Shown piece by piece: positions 26,608 to 35,800 of a DNA stretch of 64,000 nucleotides; the stretch's first letter is position 1, and every line of letters begins with the position of its first letter. The notes beneath the pieces are model-generated. The model saw nothing but the letters and a program-made list of their open reading frames with translations, did not search any database and was not told where the DNA came from. The position numbers and the translations under genes were made by a program. The DNA comes from an uncultured bacterium (GTDB lineage Bacteria > Patescibacteriota > Patescibacteriia > Patescibacteriales > UBA12465), in NCBI GenBank assembly GCA_938003925.1, contig CALKWQ010000023.1, positions 243,799-307,798 on the forward strand, in the 5' to 3' direction.

Positions 26608-27447
26608 ATGAAAAAAATCTTAGTTATAACTTTATTGTTAGCTCTAAGTTTTGGCATCTTGGCTGTAGTGCCAGTACAAGCGGAAACAGCGGTTGTTACT
26701 AATGCTAGTATAAGCGCTAACGGCCAACCAAATCTTGGTGATTTAGAAAAAATATCTTCTCCTGATCAAATTCGTTATTTTCGGGTAATGAAAAAAGAAA
26801 ATGGTGCTCTATACGGCATTCGTTTGGAGAAATTAAGTCAGAATGAAAAGATTAAAGTTAGTGCCGGTTTAAATCAAGCAGATTCTGTTACGGCCACCAA
26901 TACGAAGGCGCAGTTGGAAAAGATTTTAGCACCCCACTTAATTAGCCTTTACGAGAAAGTGCAAAAAATCGGCACTTCTTTATGGGGAGTGAAGAAGGAT
27001 AAAAATAACATTGAACAAGGTGATAAGAAGGGAGAGTCTAAGGATGAAACTAAGCCGGTAGTTAAATATCGGGTGGTTACTCCAGAGATGCTTACTTGCG
27101 TGACCAGTGCTATTGATAAAAAAGACAATGCTTTGCAGGCCAGGGTTACCAGTACCGGTGTTGATGTTAACGCGGCTATCGCTGCTCGGGGTACGTGCCA
27201 AAAACAGGCTCTAGCCAGTGTCGAGAATCAGCAGGAAAATATGAAAGTTTGTGTGCAGAAGTTTCAAGAAAAACACCGCGAGATCGTGGCCAAGGCTAAG
27301 ACCGAACAGCAAGCTATTTGGAAGACTTATCAGACCGAACTTAAAGCTTGCGTTCCGGTAATCGCTAGCGGTGCCGCAGAGGCTGAAGCAGAGTTAATAA
27401 TTGAAGATGGCGGCAGCGCTTCCTTGGAAGTAATGTTAAGTCAATAA
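26608..27447 (+). CDS. secreted hypothetical protein
   Basis: ATG at 26608 gives a clean signal peptide, MKKILVITLLLALSFGILAVVPVQA. TGcTATAAT at 26572-26580. The listed start at 26569 lies inside the promoter. Confidence 0.55.
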   Translation: MKKILVITLLLALSFGILAVVPVQAETAVVTNASISANGQPNLGDLEKISSPDQIRYFRVMKKENGALYGIRLEKLSQNEKIKVSAGLNQADSVTATNTKAQLEKILAPHLISLYEKVQKIGTSLWGVKKDKNNIEQGDKKGESKDETKPVVKYRVVTPEMLTCVTSAIDKKDNALQARVTSTGVDVNAAIAARGTCQKQALASVENQQENMKVCVQKFQEKHREIVAKAKTEQQAIWKTYQTELKACVPVIASGAAEAEAELIIEDGGSASLEVMLSQ

Positions 27448-27464
27448 TTTAATTAGAAATTATA

Positions 27465-27494
27465 AAGGCCTGATATTATCAGGCCTTTTGTTTT
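27465..27494 (+). terminator. rho-independent terminator
   Basis: Stem aaggcctga / tcaggcctt followed by ttttgtttt. Confidence 0.65.
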
Positions 27495-27579
27495 ACTGAT
27501 TTTTCTGTTATTATTAATAAACTCTTAATAATTAAAGCCGCCGCTCCGGTCTTGGTCCGGTCCGGTCATTATTGTTTAT

Positions 27580-28716
27580 ATGTCAGATTTTAAAGCCGAA
27601 TCTTTAGAGCTCCATCGTTTGAATCGCGGCAAATTAAGCACAGCTCTGTCTGTGCCTTTGGAAAATAAACACGATTTATCTTTAGCTTATACTCCTGGGG
27701 TAGCTGCTGTCTGTGAAGCTATCGCCGCTGATAAAACCAAAGCCTTCAGTCATACTATTAAGGGCAGGACCATTGCAGTAGTTAGTGACGGCAGCGCCAT
27801 CTTGGGCTTAGGTAATCTTGGTCCAGAGGCTGCTTTGCCTGTGATGGAAGGGAAGTGCGCGTTATTTAAAAAATTTGCTGGCGTAGATGCTTTTCCTTTA
27901 TGCTTAGATACTCAAGATACAGAAGAAATTATTAAGACTATTAAATATTTAGCCCCAGTTTTTGGCGGTATTAATCTGGAGGACATTGCCGCGCCTCGTT
28001 GTTTTGAAATCGAACGTCGTCTGCAAGAGGAATTGAATATTCCCGTGATGCATGATGATCAGCATGGTACCGCTGCGGTTGTCTTGGCTGCTCTTATTAA
28101 CGCTTTAAAAGTGAGACAGAGCAATAAAGAGGAAATTAAAGTTGTTATCAGTGGTGCTGGCGCGGCTGGCAATGCTATTGCACGTTTGTTAAGTGGTTAT
28201 GGTGTCAAGAATATTATTGCTTGCGATCGCCAGGGTGCGATTTATGCCGGTCGCCCTGATTTGGATGCTGAAAAAAGCTCTTTAGCTACTCTAACTAATG
28301 TTGAGCAACAAAAAGGTTCACTGGCAGATATTTTAGTCGGCGCCGATGTTTTTATCGGAGTATCTTCGGCTGGACTAGTAACGGCAGAGATGGTAAAGAG
28401 TATGGCGCCTCAACCAATTATTTTTGCCCTAGCCAATCCAGTGCCAGAAATCATGCCCGAAGTTGCCACTGCTGCCGGCGCTTTGGTGGTGGCTAGTGGG
28501 CGCAGTGATTTTCCTAATCAAATTAATAATGTTTTAATTTTCCCAGGTGTTTTTCGTGGCGCCTTAGATAATCAAGTGGCGCAAATTAGTGACGCGATGT
28601 TGGCAAAAGCCGCAGAGCAATTGGCGTCTTTAGTGGCGAAGCCAACGGCCGCTGAAATTTTGCCCTCAGCCTTTGATGAACGGATTGCGTCGGCGGTAGC
28701 CTCGGCGATTAAATAG
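27580..28716 (+). CDS. NAD(P)-dependent malic enzyme (short, MaeB N-terminal type)
   Basis: LSLAYTPGVA, VVSDGSAILGLGNLG, NLEDIAAP, HDDQHGTA, GAGAAG and LANPVPEI are the canonical malic enzyme blocks. Confidence 0.9.
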   Translation: MSDFKAESLELHRLNRGKLSTALSVPLENKHDLSLAYTPGVAAVCEAIAADKTKAFSHTIKGRTIAVVSDGSAILGLGNLGPEAALPVMEGKCALFKKFAGVDAFPLCLDTQDTEEIIKTIKYLAPVFGGINLEDIAAPRCFEIERRLQEELNIPVMHDDQHGTAAVVLAALINALKVRQSNKEEIKVVISGAGAAGNAIARLLSGYGVKNIIACDRQGAIYAGRPDLDAEKSSLATLTNVEQQKGSLADILVGADVFIGVSSAGLVTAEMVKSMAPQPIIFALANPVPEIMPEVATAAGALVVASGRSDFPNQINNVLIFPGVFRGALDNQVAQISDAMLAKAAEQLASLVAKPTAAEILPSAFDERIASAVASAIK

Positions 28717-28720
28717 GCCT

Positions 28721-29500
28721 ATGCGGTGGCAAGTTTTAATCACGGTTTTGGTTGTTGGTCTGTGGCCCTTGGGTTTAAACGAGGCCCAGTCTGACCAGTT
28801 TTTGTTATTGCCCGAGATGGTTACAGCACCACAGGTGGCAATAGTTGAGCCAGTAAAGGCGCCGGTAGCCGTGACAGCCACTGGTACTGAGGCATTAGCA
28901 GTAGCGACAACTACTAGTAGTTTGATAATGAATGTTCCTTTTATGTCGCAAGCCCCTTTGGGCCGTTGGGAAGATGAACGTCAACAAGACGGCTGCGAAG
29001 AAGCCGGCGCTTTAATGGCGATGGCTTGGGCGCGGGGCGATTTAGACCTATCACCACCAGCAGCCGAGAAAGCTTTGTTAGCTTTAGCTGATTGGCAACA
29101 GGAAAAGTATGGGGAAAATTTAGATGTAAATATCCAAGATGTGGCCGATCGCATTTTTGTTGATTATTTTAAGTATGACCAAACCAGCGTTATAACCGTA
29201 ACCGCTAAAAAAGATTTACTGGATGTGTTGTTAGCTGGCAATATTATACTAGCGCCTACTAATGGTCAGACCTTGCTTAATCCCCATTTTACCTCTCCGG
29301 GACCAGAAAGACATTTATTAGTGATAACTGGCTATGATGAAGTGAAGGATGAATTTATTACTAATGACCCGGGCACGCGTCACGGTCACAATTTTAATTA
29401 TCCAGCCGACCGCTTGTTACAAGCTATCAGGGTCTATCCTACCGGCTATCACTTGCCTATAGAACCGGGACCAAAGCAGGTTTTGGTGGTGGAAAAATGA
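28721..29500 (+). CDS. secreted C39-like (papain-fold) peptidase domain protein
   Basis: Signal peptide; VPFMSQAP....DGCEEAGALMA is the peptidase_C39_2-type catalytic Cys context; His candidates lie in the C-terminal GTRHGHNF. Confidence 0.55.
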   Translation: MRWQVLITVLVVGLWPLGLNEAQSDQFLLLPEMVTAPQVAIVEPVKAPVAVTATGTEALAVATTTSSLIMNVPFMSQAPLGRWEDERQQDGCEEAGALMAMAWARGDLDLSPPAAEKALLALADWQQEKYGENLDVNIQDVADRIFVDYFKYDQTSVITVTAKKDLLDVLLAGNIILAPTNGQTLLNPHFTSPGPERHLLVITGYDEVKDEFITNDPGTRHGHNFNYPADRLLQAIRVYPTGYHLPIEPGPKQVLVVEK

Positions 29501-29637
29501 TATTTATTGGCTAATTTTAAATTAATAAATTTTTGTTTAAACTATTTACATTTTTAATATTGTATTATAACATAGAGTTATCTGAAATTTTTTAAGTTCT
29601 TTAACCAGGCGCACTGCGCCACAAAACCCCAAGCAGC

Positions 29638-29985
29638 ATGATTCAAAAAGCAGAGAATTGGCTGATTACCATCAAGCCCAGCCACGTGATGAACAATCCC
29701 GATTTTCGTCGTGATTTTCACCCGCACACCCAGGTTCAACTTCGGCCCGATTCTATTACTACCGAGGAGGTCTATGGCAATAATTTACCTCTCGTTTTAG
29801 TAGAGATAGAAACCAGTCAGGGCAAAATATTGCCGATTGATTTGTCAGAGTTAATTCTGACAAAACAGCAACGCAAAGATCTTAATCGTCGCAATGTTTT
29901 GCCTCGTAAGTACTTCAAAAGACTCGCCCGTGTGGTGGGAGCAAAAGAAGATGCGATTGCTTATGCATTGATTGAGGAAGAATAG
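29638..29985 (+). CDS. hypothetical protein (115 aa)
   Basis: ORF only. Confidence 0.4.
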   Translation: MIQKAENWLITIKPSHVMNNPDFRRDFHPHTQVQLRPDSITTEEVYGNNLPLVLVEIETSQGKILPIDLSELILTKQQRKDLNRRNVLPRKYFKRLARVVGAKEDAIAYALIEEE

Positions 29986-30045
29986 CACGGCATCGCTTTA
30001 CAACAAAAGAGCCCCTCGCGGAGCTCTTTTTCTTTGGCAATAACT

Positions 30046-30582
30046 TTATTCTAAGCAGCAGTTGATGGCTCTTTTTACGAGCTCACCGAGTTTGCCGGCA
30101 AAACCTTTTTTCTCAGTATCTTGTTTATTAATAGCCCGCTCATCTATCTTTTTAATATCTTTAGTGCCGATTAACTTCATATTCAGCCCCCAAAAGAGGG
30201 AGTAGAGCTCATAGGCTTTGTTAAACATGTTGTAGGCTTCATCTTTTTGTCCGCGGCTAAGTTGTTTGGTGCCGACCTCCATTAGGCGATAACTGGCTGC
30301 TAAGAGGTGTTTAGAAATGCACCACACTTCACCTTCGTATTCTTTTATAATCTTTTTTAACAACTCTTTGCGCATTTCTCGCACCTCATTGATGAGGTCA
30401 TAATATTCATTTTTACCGGTTTTGGCGCCTGTGAAAAAGAAATGCTCCTCTATGCCGACCAAATTCATAATGGCGATAGTTAAGTCCTGGTCGGAGGATA
30501 GATCCATTTTTTCTTGTTTTTTCATGTCGTCCACGCGGTCAATGAAAGATTGTAAGTTTTGAGCGGTGTGATTATTGTCCAT
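30046..30582 (-). CDS. hypothetical cytoplasmic helical protein (178 aa)
   Basis: Last gene of a three-gene minus-strand run with 4-6 nt spacing. No motif recognised; ends in CCLE. Confidence 0.5.
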   Translation of the reverse strand: MDNNHTAQNLQSFIDRVDDMKKQEKMDLSSDQDLTIAIMNLVGIEEHFFFTGAKTGKNEYYDLINEVREMRKELLKKIIKEYEGEVWCISKHLLAASYRLMEVGTKQLSRGQKDEAYNMFNKAYELYSLFWGLNMKLIGTKDIKKIDERAINKQDTEKKGFAGKLGELVKRAINCCLE

Positions 30583-30586
30583 AGAT

Positions 30587-31099
30587 TTATTTGGTTAACA
30601 GATAAAAAATGAGACTCAATGTAATTAGAGAGCTAACTGGTAGCACCACTTTTTCTAAGGGGAAGTGAGCATGTCCGCCGTTACGTTTTTTCATTTCCTC
30701 GTATCCCCAAGCCGCCAAAGCAAAAACCAAACTGCCGCTGACAATGCCTAAGGCCAGCTTGTCCAAGCCAAACAAGCGGTTGAAGGGATTGCCGATAAAG
30801 TCCTGGGCGTACAGCGGCCAGATGACCATCAGGTAATAAGCTAGGACAATTAAGGGGTCACGCCAAGAGCGGTTGTTGATGAACCATCTTTTTTTATCAC
30901 AGTAACTGATGGTCCAGGCGCTTAAGGCGATGAGCATGCCCCCAATCCAAGCGCCGGCAATGCTATCATCAATGCCTAGATATTCGGATAATCCTAGGCC
31001 GGCTCCGACCGCCACGATGCAGACGGGGCAAACTGCTTGCGCCGGAACAATTGGTGCGGCCAATAATCCGATGGCGACGAATAAATATTTTTTAATCAT
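30587..31099 (-). CDS. integral membrane protein with an N-terminal CPVC motif
   Basis: Signal/TM region, then AVCPVCIVAVGAG and 4-5 TM helices. It lies directly downstream of the thioredoxin-fold gene. Confidence 0.55.
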   Translation of the reverse strand: MIKKYLFVAIGLLAAPIVPAQAVCPVCIVAVGAGLGLSEYLGIDDSIAGAWIGGMLIALSAWTISYCDKKRWFINNRSWRDPLIVLAYYLMVIWPLYAQDFIGNPFNRLFGLDKLALGIVSGSLVFALAAWGYEEMKKRNGGHAHFPLEKVVLPVSSLITLSLIFYLLTK

Positions 31100-31105
31100 A
31101 ATTTT

Positions 31106-31480
31106 TTATTGTTGAAAGAATTCAATAATATCGGTATCACCCATTAAGCACTTCTCGCCTGTCCATAGGAAGGGCACTCCTATACCCTGAGTGTCTAAAC
31201 CGCAGGCTCGAGCTTTAGCTGCCAGTTGAGCGCTATTATTTTGGTTTTTAGATACTTCCAAACGATCAAAACTATACTTTTCCTTAACTTTATTAGTCTC
31301 AATATATTGCTCCACGTTCTGACAATGGGGACAGGACAGACTATAGAAAAGAATCATGCCTTGATTGCCGCTGGTAGACTCGGCTTGCTCTTGTTTTCGG
31401 CTGAGCAGGAATAGTCCAGCTACCACAATGAGAATGGCTATGACCACTAGGGCAGTGTTAGCACTCTTGGGCTTATTCAT
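31106..31480 (-). CDS. membrane-anchored thioredoxin/glutaredoxin-fold protein (CPHC active site)
   Basis: N-terminal TM helix, then FYSLSCPHCQNVEQYI, with a cis-Pro region (GVPFLW) downstream. Confidence 0.7.
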   Translation of the reverse strand: MNKPKSANTALVVIAILIVVAGLFLLSRKQEQAESTSGNQGMILFYSLSCPHCQNVEQYIETNKVKEKYSFDRLEVSKNQNNSAQLAAKARACGLDTQGIGVPFLWTGEKCLMGDTDIIEFFQQ

Positions 31481-31520
31481 AGTTTTATTAGTTTAATTTT
31501 ATATTACTCAATTTTATCAT

Positions 31521-31553
31521 AAAAACAGGCGGGAAGGAAATTCTCGCCTGTTT
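31521..31553 (-). terminator. rho-independent terminator after thrS (minus strand)
   Basis: Stem acaggcg / cgcctgt followed by a T-run on the minus strand. Confidence 0.6.
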
Positions 31554-31578
31554 GGTTACTTAGTTACCAGTCAGTAAT

Positions 31579-33315
31579 TTATTGGTAATTTTTGACCTTA
31601 TCTAAGACTTCTTGGATAAAATCAGTACGGCTAATTTCTCTGGTAGTCTGAGCTCCGCGGTCACGGACAGCTAAATTGGAAGCGGCTGCTTCTTTGTCGC
31701 CAATGACTAACATATATGGAACCTTGTCATTAACTGCTTTGCGAATCTTATTACCAACCGTTTCGTTGTTTTCATCAATTTCTACCCTGATGCCAGCTGC
31801 TAATAATTCGGCGGCTAAAGTGCGGCAGGCCGTGATATGGGTTTCGGCTACCGAGACTAGTTTTACCTGCACGGGTGAGAGCCACACCGGGAAAGCGCCG
31901 GCGTAATGTTCAATGATGACGCCTAAGAATCTCTCTATTGATCCCAATAGAGCGCGGTGTATCACCACTGGGGTTTTGGCGCTACCATCTACGTCGGTGT
32001 ATTTCAATTCAAAGCGTAATGGTAGTTGGAAGTCCAGCTGAATAGTGGCTAGTTGCCACTGGCGACCAATGGCATCTTTAACCTTAACGTCAATTTTGGG
32101 TCCATAGAAAGCTCCGTCGCCCTCATTAATTTTATATTCCAAGTTGGCGCTAGTTAGCGCTTGTTTCAGGTTAGCTTCGGCTTCATCCCAGACTGATTTT
32201 TCACCCAGAAAATGTTCGGGCCGGGTGGAGAGATGAATTTCATCTATCTGCAGATTAAAGACCTGATAAATCATTTTAATTTTTTCCAACAAAGCTGCAA
32301 TTTCACCTAGAATCTGATCAGGGCGCACAAAGATGTGTGAATCGTCCTGGGATAAGCTGCGCACCCGGGTTAGCCCATGCAGGGTGCCGGATTTTTCGTT
32401 GCGATAGAGAGTGGTGGTTTCAGCTAAACGCAGAGGCAGTTCTTTGTATGATTTAAGGTCGCGCTTGAAGACTAACATATGTGCTGGGCAGTTCATCGGT
32501 TTGATGCCTAAATCGGTATCATCTTCAGCGTGATGCAGGCAGAACATGTCTTCTTGATAGTGATCCCAGTGGCCTGAAACCTTCCACAGCTCGGCGTTGA
32601 GAATTTGCGGTGTGCGCACTTCTTGATAGCCTGGTCCGTAGGAGTGCGTACGGGTAAATTTAATCAGTTCTTGCAACAAGATCATGCCTTTAGGCAGGAA
32701 GAAGGGCATGCCGGGAGCGAATTCATGATTCATAAACAAATCCAACTCTTTGCCTAATTTACGGTGGTCTCTTTTCTCGGCTTCAGCCATCATGTTTAGG
32801 TAATTATCTAGTTCTTCTTTAGTGTCAAAAGCCAAGCCATAGATACGGGTTAACATGGTGCGCTTTTCATCACCTCGCCAATAAGCGCCAGCGAGTTTAT
32901 CCAACTTGAAGCTCCCCGGTTTGATCTCATTAGTGTTGTCTACGTGTGGTCCGCGGCATAAATCAGTGAAACTGCCGACCGTATAAAAACTAACCCGAGT
33001 TTCACCTTGAGTTTTGAGGTCGCTGATGATTTCTTCTTTATATTGATCACCGGCCGCCTTAGCCCAAGCTAGGCCGTCATCAATATCTTTTTCATCGCGA
33101 ATGAAACTCAAATTTTGCTTGGCTAGGTGAGCCATGCGTTTTTCAATATCTTTTAATTGACTTTCACTAATGCTTTCGCCGTTAAAATCGATATCGTAGT
33201 AAAAGCCGTTATCGATGGCGGGGCCGATGGCAAGTTTAGCCTGAGGCCACATTTCTTTGACAGCAGTGGCTAGCAAATGTGCTAGCGAGTGCCTTTTAGT
33301 TTCTAAATTGCTCAT
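31579..33315 (-). CDS. thrS: threonine--tRNA ligase lacking the N-terminal TGS domain
   Basis: Start MSNLETKRHSLAHLLA at 33315. N2/editing-type HxxxH, AIGPAIDNGFYYD, CRGPH, class II motifs (FRNE-type LYRNEKSG, GAFYGPK) and an anticodon-binding C-terminus. The listed 36-codon extension runs over the leader terminator. Confidence 0.95.
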   Translation of the reverse strand: MSNLETKRHSLAHLLATAVKEMWPQAKLAIGPAIDNGFYYDIDFNGESISESQLKDIEKRMAHLAKQNLSFIRDEKDIDDGLAWAKAAGDQYKEEIISDLKTQGETRVSFYTVGSFTDLCRGPHVDNTNEIKPGSFKLDKLAGAYWRGDEKRTMLTRIYGLAFDTKEELDNYLNMMAEAEKRDHRKLGKELDLFMNHEFAPGMPFFLPKGMILLQELIKFTRTHSYGPGYQEVRTPQILNAELWKVSGHWDHYQEDMFCLHHAEDDTDLGIKPMNCPAHMLVFKRDLKSYKELPLRLAETTTLYRNEKSGTLHGLTRVRSLSQDDSHIFVRPDQILGEIAALLEKIKMIYQVFNLQIDEIHLSTRPEHFLGEKSVWDEAEANLKQALTSANLEYKINEGDGAFYGPKIDVKVKDAIGRQWQLATIQLDFQLPLRFELKYTDVDGSAKTPVVIHRALLGSIERFLGVIIEHYAGAFPVWLSPVQVKLVSVAETHITACRTLAAELLAAGIRVEIDENNETVGNKIRKAVNDKVPYMLVIGDKEAAASNLAVRDRGAQTTREISRTDFIQEVLDKVKNYQ

Positions 33316-33345
33316 ATGATTGTTATAAATTAATTTATTAAGTTT

Positions 33346-33545
33346 AAAAAAAGTCCCTTCCTCACAAAAACAGACAATTACTGTTTTTGCCAGGACGGGA
33401 CTCGTATGGTCTCGCGGTTCCACCTAGCTTTCCCGCCGGTGGCGGGACGCTTTCATTTATCACCTTTAGCCGTTAAATTTAACGGGGCTAGCATGGTGGC
33501 TAGTCTTGGGCTTGGTGGGCCCAACAATCAGGCAGGTCTCTTTTA
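33346..33545 (-). promoter_or_regulatory. T-box-like transcription-attenuation leader of thrS
   Basis: Minus strand reads AAGCUAGGUGGAACCGCGAG (plus 33411-33430), matching the T-box core GGUGGNACCGCG. A GC hairpin CCCGCC-acc-GGCGGG lies just upstream. Downstream is a long terminator: GUCCCGUCC ... GGAAGGGAC plus U7 (plus 33346-33402). An AGAGA element sits at the 5' end. Two hairpin loops display ACCA (33506-33524 and 33488-33503). Confidence 0.65.
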
Positions 33546-33580
33546 GCTTAGGTTATTTTAAGTTTTTTGTAAAGCCCACT

Positions 33581-34303
33581 TTAACTTACCTGAGCCATCA
33601 CAGCTACTAGGATATTGTTAGCACCGGCTTGTTTAAGAGCGATGCTGGCCGCTTGAGCGGTGGCGCCAGTGCTGACTATATCATCGACTAGAATAATAGT
33701 TTGTCCGTTCAGTGCGTTTTTTGGACAGACAAAGACGGGCGCTTGTTCTTGTCTCCAGTTATCACTAAGGTGGCTATTGGCCTGTCTGTATTTAATCCTT
33801 TGTAGCTGCTTGCTCCAAGCCCAGCCACTAGCCTGAGAAAGTCCAGTCGCAAGTAGGTCGCTCTGGTTAAAACCACGTTCTCGCTGTCGGCGAGGATGCA
33901 GGGGGATGGGTATAATGTGGGGTGTGGTTATTTGCCAAGCTGGTGGGGCTTGTTGCCAATCTGCCTTCAGGGCGCGCCCTAGCATTTTGCCCAGCTTATA
34001 GCCGATGTCTTTGACGCCGCGATCTTTACAGGCTTTAATGGCTGTCTGTAAGGTGGCTTGCTGATAATTGCCGTAGGCATAGATGCCTGAGAAAGCATAA
34101 TTTTTGGCAACTGTCTGACAGTTGACGCAAAACAAGCCTAGTTTGTTGTTGCGCCCACAGAGAGGGCAACACCTAGGCTTTTTTAGAATGTGGGCACGAC
34201 AGTGGGGACAGAAGCTAGTACCACTGCGGCCACAAGTGGCACAGGCAGTGGGTAGGAGTTGATACTCTAAGTTGCTTAAAAAATTATTAAAAATACTGAA
34301 CAT
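33581..34303 (-). CDS. comFC: ComF-family phosphoribosyltransferase-like competence protein
   Basis: Four-Cys N-terminus (CATCG...CPHC...CCPLCG...CVNC), ERGFNQS, and the PRTase loop IILVDDIVSTGAT. The start is moved to ATG 34303 because a terminator lies at 34311-34340. Confidence 0.85.
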   Translation of the reverse strand: MFSIFNNFLSNLEYQLLPTACATCGRSGTSFCPHCRAHILKKPRCCPLCGRNNKLGLFCVNCQTVAKNYAFSGIYAYGNYQQATLQTAIKACKDRGVKDIGYKLGKMLGRALKADWQQAPPAWQITTPHIIPIPLHPRRQRERGFNQSDLLATGLSQASGWAWSKQLQRIKYRQANSHLSDNWRQEQAPVFVCPKNALNGQTIILVDDIVSTGATAQAASIALKQAGANNILVAVMAQVS

Positions 34304-34310
34304 ATCGTTA

Positions 34311-34340
34311 AACAAAAAACCGGCGTTGGGTGCCGGTTTT
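34311..34340 (-). terminator. rho-independent terminator after the PD40 gene (minus strand)
   Basis: Stem aaaaccggc / gccggtttt followed by T6 on the minus strand. Confidence 0.6.
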
Positions 34341-34356
34341 GATGATCTCAATTTGT

Positions 34357-35628
34357 TTATTTTAATTTTATTTCGTAAATTAAACCACTGTTTTTATCGG
34401 TGAAGTATAATCGGTTTTGATTATCGGCCACCATAATACTGGAAACGTTACTAACTCCTTCGGGAACGGCAATTAGTTTTTTAGCGCCAGTCTTGAGATC
34501 GACTTTATAGAGACTGTCATTAGTCTTGTCAGCTAGTTCTGGGAATAGCCCCGCTCCTTCTGGTAGATTGTTGGGCACGGCGCAATAGACTTCATTGTTG
34601 GTAGCAAAGCTACATTTACTGGCCCAAGTATTTAATCCTAGGTTAGTGCGGTTTTGACCAATATTGTCACCCTGGGCTTGGACGATCCAGAGACTGGGAT
34701 TCATATTGTTATCACTGCTATATACGCTATATAACAACTGATCGCCGGTATCTGACCATTGTGGCTGGAAGCCTCGGCCGTTAATAATGGTGGATTTAAA
34801 GTTTTCTCCATTTAAACCAACAAAAAATACTTCTTGGCGATTAAAATCAACACCGCGAGTGTACATTGCTGCCACCTGGTTGCTGGGTGACCAGACTGGA
34901 TAGACGTCATCGGCGTTGTTACCGATAGCGCTTAAAGAGGCAGCTCTGGAACCATCACTGTTGGCAGTAATTAGGTAACGATTTTCCACGTCTGTACCCA
35001 TGCTCTTAGCGCTGATTTTATTGCTATCTGGTGAAAAAGAGAAATCTTCCCAGTGTTTAGGCAAAGTTACCTGTTTTTTGGTATTAAAGTCATAGGTAAT
35101 TTTGGAACCATCGGGATATTCTAAAATGGCTTTATTGCCGTCGTTTGACCAAGTAACATTCTGTACTTGATGAAAGACTTTATCACTCAGCGCTACTAAC
35201 TCACCGCTACTATCCAGTTTATAGAACTTGCCGTCGTTGTTATTATAGTAGCGCAGCTGACCGTCGCTGCTCATTGTGGGATCTAAGACCGGGTCGCTTG
35301 TAACTGGTGTGACTTTAGTTAAGCCGCCCACAGCTAGGTCACTGGCCTCTGAGCCTGTAGGTGCGCCCGTACTGGAGGCGGTGCCAGTTTGGTTACTGTC
35401 ACTTCCGTCTAAGCCCTCTAGGCGACCGCTGCCAGTGGAAGAAGATAAGTTGCCACTACCGTCTCCTGCCGGGTTAAGCCCGCCAATATTGCCAATTGTT
35501 CCCGGTTCGGTAGTAGGACTTATTTGACTGCGAAAAAATAGGCTCCACAACAGGTAGCCAATAAGGCAAACCACTCCTAAAAAAGCAATAATTATCAAGA
35601 CTTTTTTATATTTGCTAAAGAATCCCAT
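34357..35628 (-). CDS. membrane-anchored PD40/TolB-like beta-propeller protein
   Basis: N-terminal TM helix and a Gly/Ser/Thr linker. Repeated W-S-P/D-G motifs (VTWSNDGNKA, FSFSPDSNKI, PVWSPSNQVA, PQWSDTGDQL) are typical of PD40 blades. Confidence 0.65.
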   Translation of the reverse strand: MGFFSKYKKVLIIIAFLGVVCLIGYLLWSLFFRSQISPTTEPGTIGNIGGLNPAGDGSGNLSSSTGSGRLEGLDGSDSNQTGTASSTGAPTGSEASDLAVGGLTKVTPVTSDPVLDPTMSSDGQLRYYNNNDGKFYKLDSSGELVALSDKVFHQVQNVTWSNDGNKAILEYPDGSKITYDFNTKKQVTLPKHWEDFSFSPDSNKISAKSMGTDVENRYLITANSDGSRAASLSAIGNNADDVYPVWSPSNQVAAMYTRGVDFNRQEVFFVGLNGENFKSTIINGRGFQPQWSDTGDQLLYSVYSSDNNMNPSLWIVQAQGDNIGQNRTNLGLNTWASKCSFATNNEVYCAVPNNLPEGAGLFPELADKTNDSLYKVDLKTGAKKLIAVPEGVSNVSSIMVADNQNRLYFTDKNSGLIYEIKLK

Positions 35629-35800
35629 ATTCTTATTTTTTATTTACTGTTTTTATGATACACTAAAGCTAGTGACGGATAATTTTTTTCAGCTTCTTTT
35701 TTTATTTTTCCTTGTCTCTTATCTCTAAATATTATATACTAGAAGTAGTTAGAATACAATTTTGATTGGCTGAGATGCAGTGATAATTTAATTTTTACTT

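Noticed and set aside
33316-33423. 36-codon N-terminal extension of thrS in the ORF track (MEPRDHTSPV...)
   Set aside because: It is translated across the T-box terminator hairpin and U-run. The conserved ThrRS sequence begins at MSNLETKRHSLAHLL (ATG at 33315).
34304-34351. 16-codon N-terminal extension of comF
   Set aside because: It spans the terminator of the upstream PD40 gene (34311-34340). ATG 34303 was preferred.
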